From Calditrichaceae bacterium (GTDB lineage: Bacteria; Calditrichota; Calditrichia; Calditrichales; JBFXGD01): a stretch of 30,040 nt of DNA. The notes under the pieces were generated by a model. The model was not told the origin of the DNA. It did not search any database and worked only from the letters and a program-made list of their open reading frames with translations. Location of the stretch: positions 1 to 30,040 of the forward strand of contig JBFXGD010000025.1 in assembly GCA_050178385.1 (NCBI GenBank), read 5' to 3'. Positions 26,792 to 30,040 of this stretch are shown here, one piece after another (position 1 is the first letter of the stretch; every line of letters begins with the position of its first letter). A program made the translations under genes and the position numbers.

Positions 26792-27486
26792 AGAAAAAGC
26801 CGCATAATTTTGACAATCAGAGGCGTAATAAAAATAGCAGGCAAAAAGTTTGCGATATTAATCTTTTTAATATCCAGAATCAGTATCCCCAGACCTATAA
26901 TAATCAGACCTCCGACAGCGGTGGTTTCGTTAATTATTTCTTCGGAAAAAAAACTGCTGAGATAGTACGCGGAAAGTGTGAAACCTCCCTGAACAATAAT
27001 GATGGTGATGATGGAGAAACCAACCCCGATTCCCAGCGACGCGGTTAATGCCACTGAAGTAAATCCGTCCAGTACCGATTTAATTGCCAACAACTGGTAA
27101 TCTCCGTTCAGTCCGTCATTAATTGATCCCAGAATCGTCATGGGCCCTACACAGAAAATCAGACTGGCTGTGATGAACCCTTCCATAAAATTTCCATTAC
27201 CGTCAATCTTATCCGCAAAGCGGTTTTTTAGAACCGCGGCGAAATTTTCCAGACCTTTATCCACTTTGATAAAATGACCAAATATTCCTCCAAGAAGCAA
27301 GCCTCCTAAAGGTATCAGAATATTTTCCGTTTTAAGCCCCATTTGGATGCCAAGCAAAATGGTAACCAGTCCGATACCATACAGCATTTGCTGTCTGAGT
27401 GAATCCGAAAATTTTGACCGCAAAAAATAACCGATCGCGCTGCCAATCAAAACCGTTATCACATTGATAACTGTGCCCATATTCAT
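26788..27486 (-). CDS. DUF554 family membrane protein
   Basis: GTVIN, EGFITASLIFCVGPMTILGS, KSVLDG and NFLPA; 4-nt overlap with the permease. Confidence 0.92.
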   Translation of the reverse strand: MNMGTVINVITVLIGSAIGYFLRSKFSDSLRQQMLYGIGLVTILLGIQMGLKTENILIPLGGLLLGGIFGHFIKVDKGLENFAAVLKNRFADKIDGNGNFMEGFITASLIFCVGPMTILGSINDGLNGDYQLLAIKSVLDGFTSVALTASLGIGVGFSIITIIIVQGGFTLSAYYLSSFFSEEIINETTAVGGLIIIGLGILILDIKKINIANFLPAIFITPLIVKIMRLFL

Positions 27487-27563
27487 TTCCCCGGAAGATT
27501 TATTTATAAAAAGAACAGTCCAAATATATAAAAATTAACCACAAATCGTTATTAAAATACAAT

Positions 27564-27593
27564 AAAAAAAGCCCGAACTAAAAAGCCGGGCTT
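27564..27593 (-). terminator. Intrinsic terminator after sod
   Basis: Minus strand AAGCCCG-11 nt-CGGGCTT followed by a T-run. Confidence 0.7.
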
Positions 27594-27615
27594 CGGATTG
27601 ATTAAAAAACTATTT

Positions 27616-28242
27616 CTATTTTTTATACATGTCAAACTGATCGGCAACAACATTCCAGTTGATCACATTAAAAAAAGCATCCAGATAATCAGGTCTGCGA
27701 TTCTGGTATTTAAGATAGTAAGCATGCTCCCAGACATCCACTCCCAGGATCGGCCGTCCCTTCACATCAGCGATATCCATCAGAGGATTATCCTGATTTG
27801 GAGTTGAACATATTTCCAGCTTCCCGCTCTGGTTTATGATCAGCCATGCCCACCCTGATCCAAATCTTGTGGCGCCAGCTTTTATAAAATCAGCTTTAAA
27901 TTTATCAAAGGATCCGAATGAGTTTTTCAGGGCATTGGCCAGATCTCCGGTTGGCTCCTTATCCGACTTAGGCCCCATGAGTTTCCAGAAAAACGAATGA
28001 TTCCAATGACCGCCTCCGTTATTCCGCACGGCTGTACGAATGCTGTCAGGTAAATTTTTAATTTCTGCCAACAGTTTTTCCGGTGATTTATCCTGCAGCT
28101 CATTAAACTCTTTCAACGCGCCGTTTAGATTATTAACATAACCTCCATGATGTTTGCCATGATGGATTTCCATGGTGCGGGCATCGATATATGGTTCAAG
28201 CGCGTCATAAGAGTATGGAAGTTCAGGCAATAAATGTGACAT
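27616..28242 (-). CDS. sodA: Superoxide dismutase, Fe/Mn family (Mn-type signatures)
   Basis: [20 protein letters not shown] and DVWEHAYY. Confidence 0.95.
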   Translation of the reverse strand: MSHLLPELPYSYDALEPYIDARTMEIHHGKHHGGYVNNLNGALKEFNELQDKSPEKLLAEIKNLPDSIRTAVRNNGGGHWNHSFFWKLMGPKSDKEPTGDLANALKNSFGSFDKFKADFIKAGATRFGSGWAWLIINQSGKLEICSTPNQDNPLMDIADVKGRPILGVDVWEHAYYLKYQNRRPDYLDAFFNVINWNVVADQFDMYKK

Positions 28243-28442
28243 TTAAGTCTCCTTAATTTTAAATTTTTTTATTATTTTCCAATCGTTATGTGTAATCAAA
28301 TTTTGGGCGAATTTATTCCAGAGATTGTCTGTTTTAAGCAAAATTTAAGGCTAATTATTAAAAATAAGTATGCTAATTTCTGATCAGCGGATTCAGAATT
28401 ACAAAGGCGGCAAAATATAACGAAGGATCATGAACAATAAAA

Positions 28443-29474
28443 TTAATCTAATTTTGCTTTGATTTCTCCTTTCACACCTTCAATTTTGATCAGTTCAGTG
28501 GTTATATGCCCCACAAGAATTTCACTGGTCATTTGAACCGGAATCTTCCGGTCATCATCAGTCAGCCATATTTTCAAACTTCCTTTTTGTTTAAACAAGC
28601 CCTCGCCTTTCATCATTGGCTCCACAACAATGCATCGGAATCTTCCGGCTTCTACTTCTATTATTTCCTTTTCATAAACCTTGACTTCAAGATCATATAT
28701 TTTGTCTTTATCATGATTGCTCATAAATATAGATTTTCCGACTTCAATATCCATGTTCCTGATAAAATAAAAGGCAGATAGCACATCCTGAACATATTTA
28801 GGGGTTTCAACCGAAAAATTTTTGCGGCTTTTTTCTTTCATATTTTTTTCATATCGAATATATTCAACTTTAGCCGTTGTTTTTTCTGGAAAATAATCCA
28901 CGAACAGATCCGCCTTATAACCACCTTCCCTTAACTTTTTTTCAAACCGGATTGGATACAGACCCTCTGAATCCAAATAAGTATTAACAACATCATCAAC
29001 CTTGTACATCCAGTTAAAGGCTGAAACGCTTTTGGCTGTAGTCTGAATGTGATAGACCATCCGCTTTTCTTTTTGCTTTTTAGAAAGAACTTTCATTTCC
29101 GCTGTTCCAGCCCTGATAAATCCAAAACGTATTTTAAACTTAAGTTTTTCGCCGACTTCAAAAGCATGATTGTTAATATTTCGAGGCCTGTTGGGTGGAT
29201 CCAGCTTCTTTTCTTTATCTTTCGGTTTAGTTGTATCATTTACTGCCTTGGTGACCGTATCTTTTGCCGCTTTTGTGCTGTCAACCGCCGCAGAATCCAG
29301 GTTGATGTGGACGGTTTCGGTTGAATCGCCGGTTTCTGTTAACAATGAATCGGTCAGGGTTTCCGGCTGCGTGAGGTGATTTTTATTTGCTGTGGAATCC
29401 TGGGAATAGATATTTATGTTCAGGAATAATACTAATGTGAAAAAATGCCGGAAAAGCGGTAATTTTTTATTCAT
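28443..29474 (-). CDS. DUF3108-like exported protein
   Basis: Signal peptide, D/T/S-rich linker, FEVGEKLKF..RFGFIRAG, DVLSAFYFIR and IWLTDDDRKIPVQ. Probable ATG at 29474 after GGAG (track start 29480). Confidence 0.75.
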   Translation of the reverse strand: MNKKLPLFRHFFTLVLFLNINIYSQDSTANKNHLTQPETLTDSLLTETGDSTETVHINLDSAAVDSTKAAKDTVTKAVNDTTKPKDKEKKLDPPNRPRNINNHAFEVGEKLKFKIRFGFIRAGTAEMKVLSKKQKEKRMVYHIQTTAKSVSAFNWMYKVDDVVNTYLDSEGLYPIRFEKKLREGGYKADLFVDYFPEKTTAKVEYIRYEKNMKEKSRKNFSVETPKYVQDVLSAFYFIRNMDIEVGKSIFMSNHDKDKIYDLEVKVYEKEIIEVEAGRFRCIVVEPMMKGEGLFKQKGSLKIWLTDDDRKIPVQMTSEILVGHITTELIKIEGVKGEIKAKLD

Positions 29475-29771
29475 GGGCAACTCCAGTAAATCAACAATAT
29501 ATTATCTACGTGAATTAAACACAATAAGTTCTCATTCACATAAGGCTAAATCGGTTAATCCGTCTCAGAATCTGGTTAATTCTCCATTTAAATAATTCTA
29601 AAATTATAATTTAAAAAGCAGCTTCTTAATTCCCTGTATCAGAGGACACAATTATATAAGCGGCTGCCGAACGACAATTTTAGAATTATCATACACTCAT
29701 TTTGAAAAATACACATTTTTTCATAATTTCCAGATCATTTTATTATTTCAATTTTATCATGGAGATAACCA

Positions 29772-30040
29772 ATGAAAATACTGGTTACCGGCGGCGCCGG
29801 ATTTATAGGATCGAATCTGATCGACACGTTGCTCGGTCAGAATATGGAAATTGTTGCCGTTGACAATTTCGATGCTTTTTATGATAAAAACATAAAAGAG
29901 CGGAATATTAAACGGGCGGTGGATTATCAGAATTTCCAACTTTACCGGACAGACATACTCGATCGTGAATCGCTGGAAAACATAATCAGAAAACATAATC
30001 CAGAAACGAAATTGCATCTGGCCGCGAAAGCAGGGGTGAG
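29772..30040 (+). CDS. NAD-dependent epimerase/dehydratase (extended SDR, UDP-glucuronate-epimerase-like), 3' truncated by window
   Basis: Not in the ORF track. GGAG RBS, then MKILVTGGAGFIGSNL...VDNFDAFYD...HLAAKAGV, open to the window end. Confidence 0.9.
   Translation, partial: MKILVTGGAGFIGSNLIDTLLGQNMEIVAVDNFDAFYDKNIKERNIKRAVDYQNFQLYRTDILDRESLENIIRKHNPETKLHLAAKAGV

Noticed and set aside
355..29379. Numerous short overlapping or antisense ORFs in the track (e.g. 355..828, 13434..13826, 26465..26965, 8002..8190)
   Set aside because: They overlap well-supported genes and show no recognisable motifs.
29757..30017. Minus-strand 86-aa ORF in the track
   Set aside because: Shadow of the + strand epimerase starting at 29772.
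1..30040. CRISPR arrays, tRNA/rRNA, transposases, integrases, phage or defence genes
   Set aside because: No regularly spaced repeats, cloverleaf or rRNA-like sequence, or such protein motifs were recognised.

Overview
Gene-dense bacterial chromosomal window of moderately low GC. Lipoprotein, beta-barrel and cytochrome c genes indicate a diderm, and the gene content resembles FCB-group or Calditrichota-like bacteria (inference only). Bases 1-9.1 kb are a + strand accessory region: a partial FGE-sulfatase-fold gene, a heme o synthase, two uncharacterised polytopic membrane proteins, a FadL/OmpP1 channel, two tandem FmdE-like paralogs (one exported, one cytoplasmic), a small membrane protein, an ECF sigma/anti-sigma-like pair and a porin-like barrel. 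Next come a cNMP-domain-fused aspartase, a small lipoprotein and a HAD hydrolase. A long minus-strand operon follows: rimP-nusA-infB-DUF503-rbfA-truB-ribF-rpsO-pnp-M16 peptidase-AlaDH-like-polysaccharide deacetylase-cytochrome c, headed by a rimP-leader hairpin. The window ends with an APC permease, DUF554, a Mn-type SOD, DUF3108 and a partial NDP-sugar epimerase. No rRNA, tRNA, CRISPR array or mobile element was recognised. The best candidate for an undescribed system is the heme-prenyltransferase/membrane protein/FadL/twin-FmdE cluster. The AlaDH homolog with substituted catalytic residues and the cNMP-aspartase are also notable. All calls come from motif recognition by eye; no searches were run.
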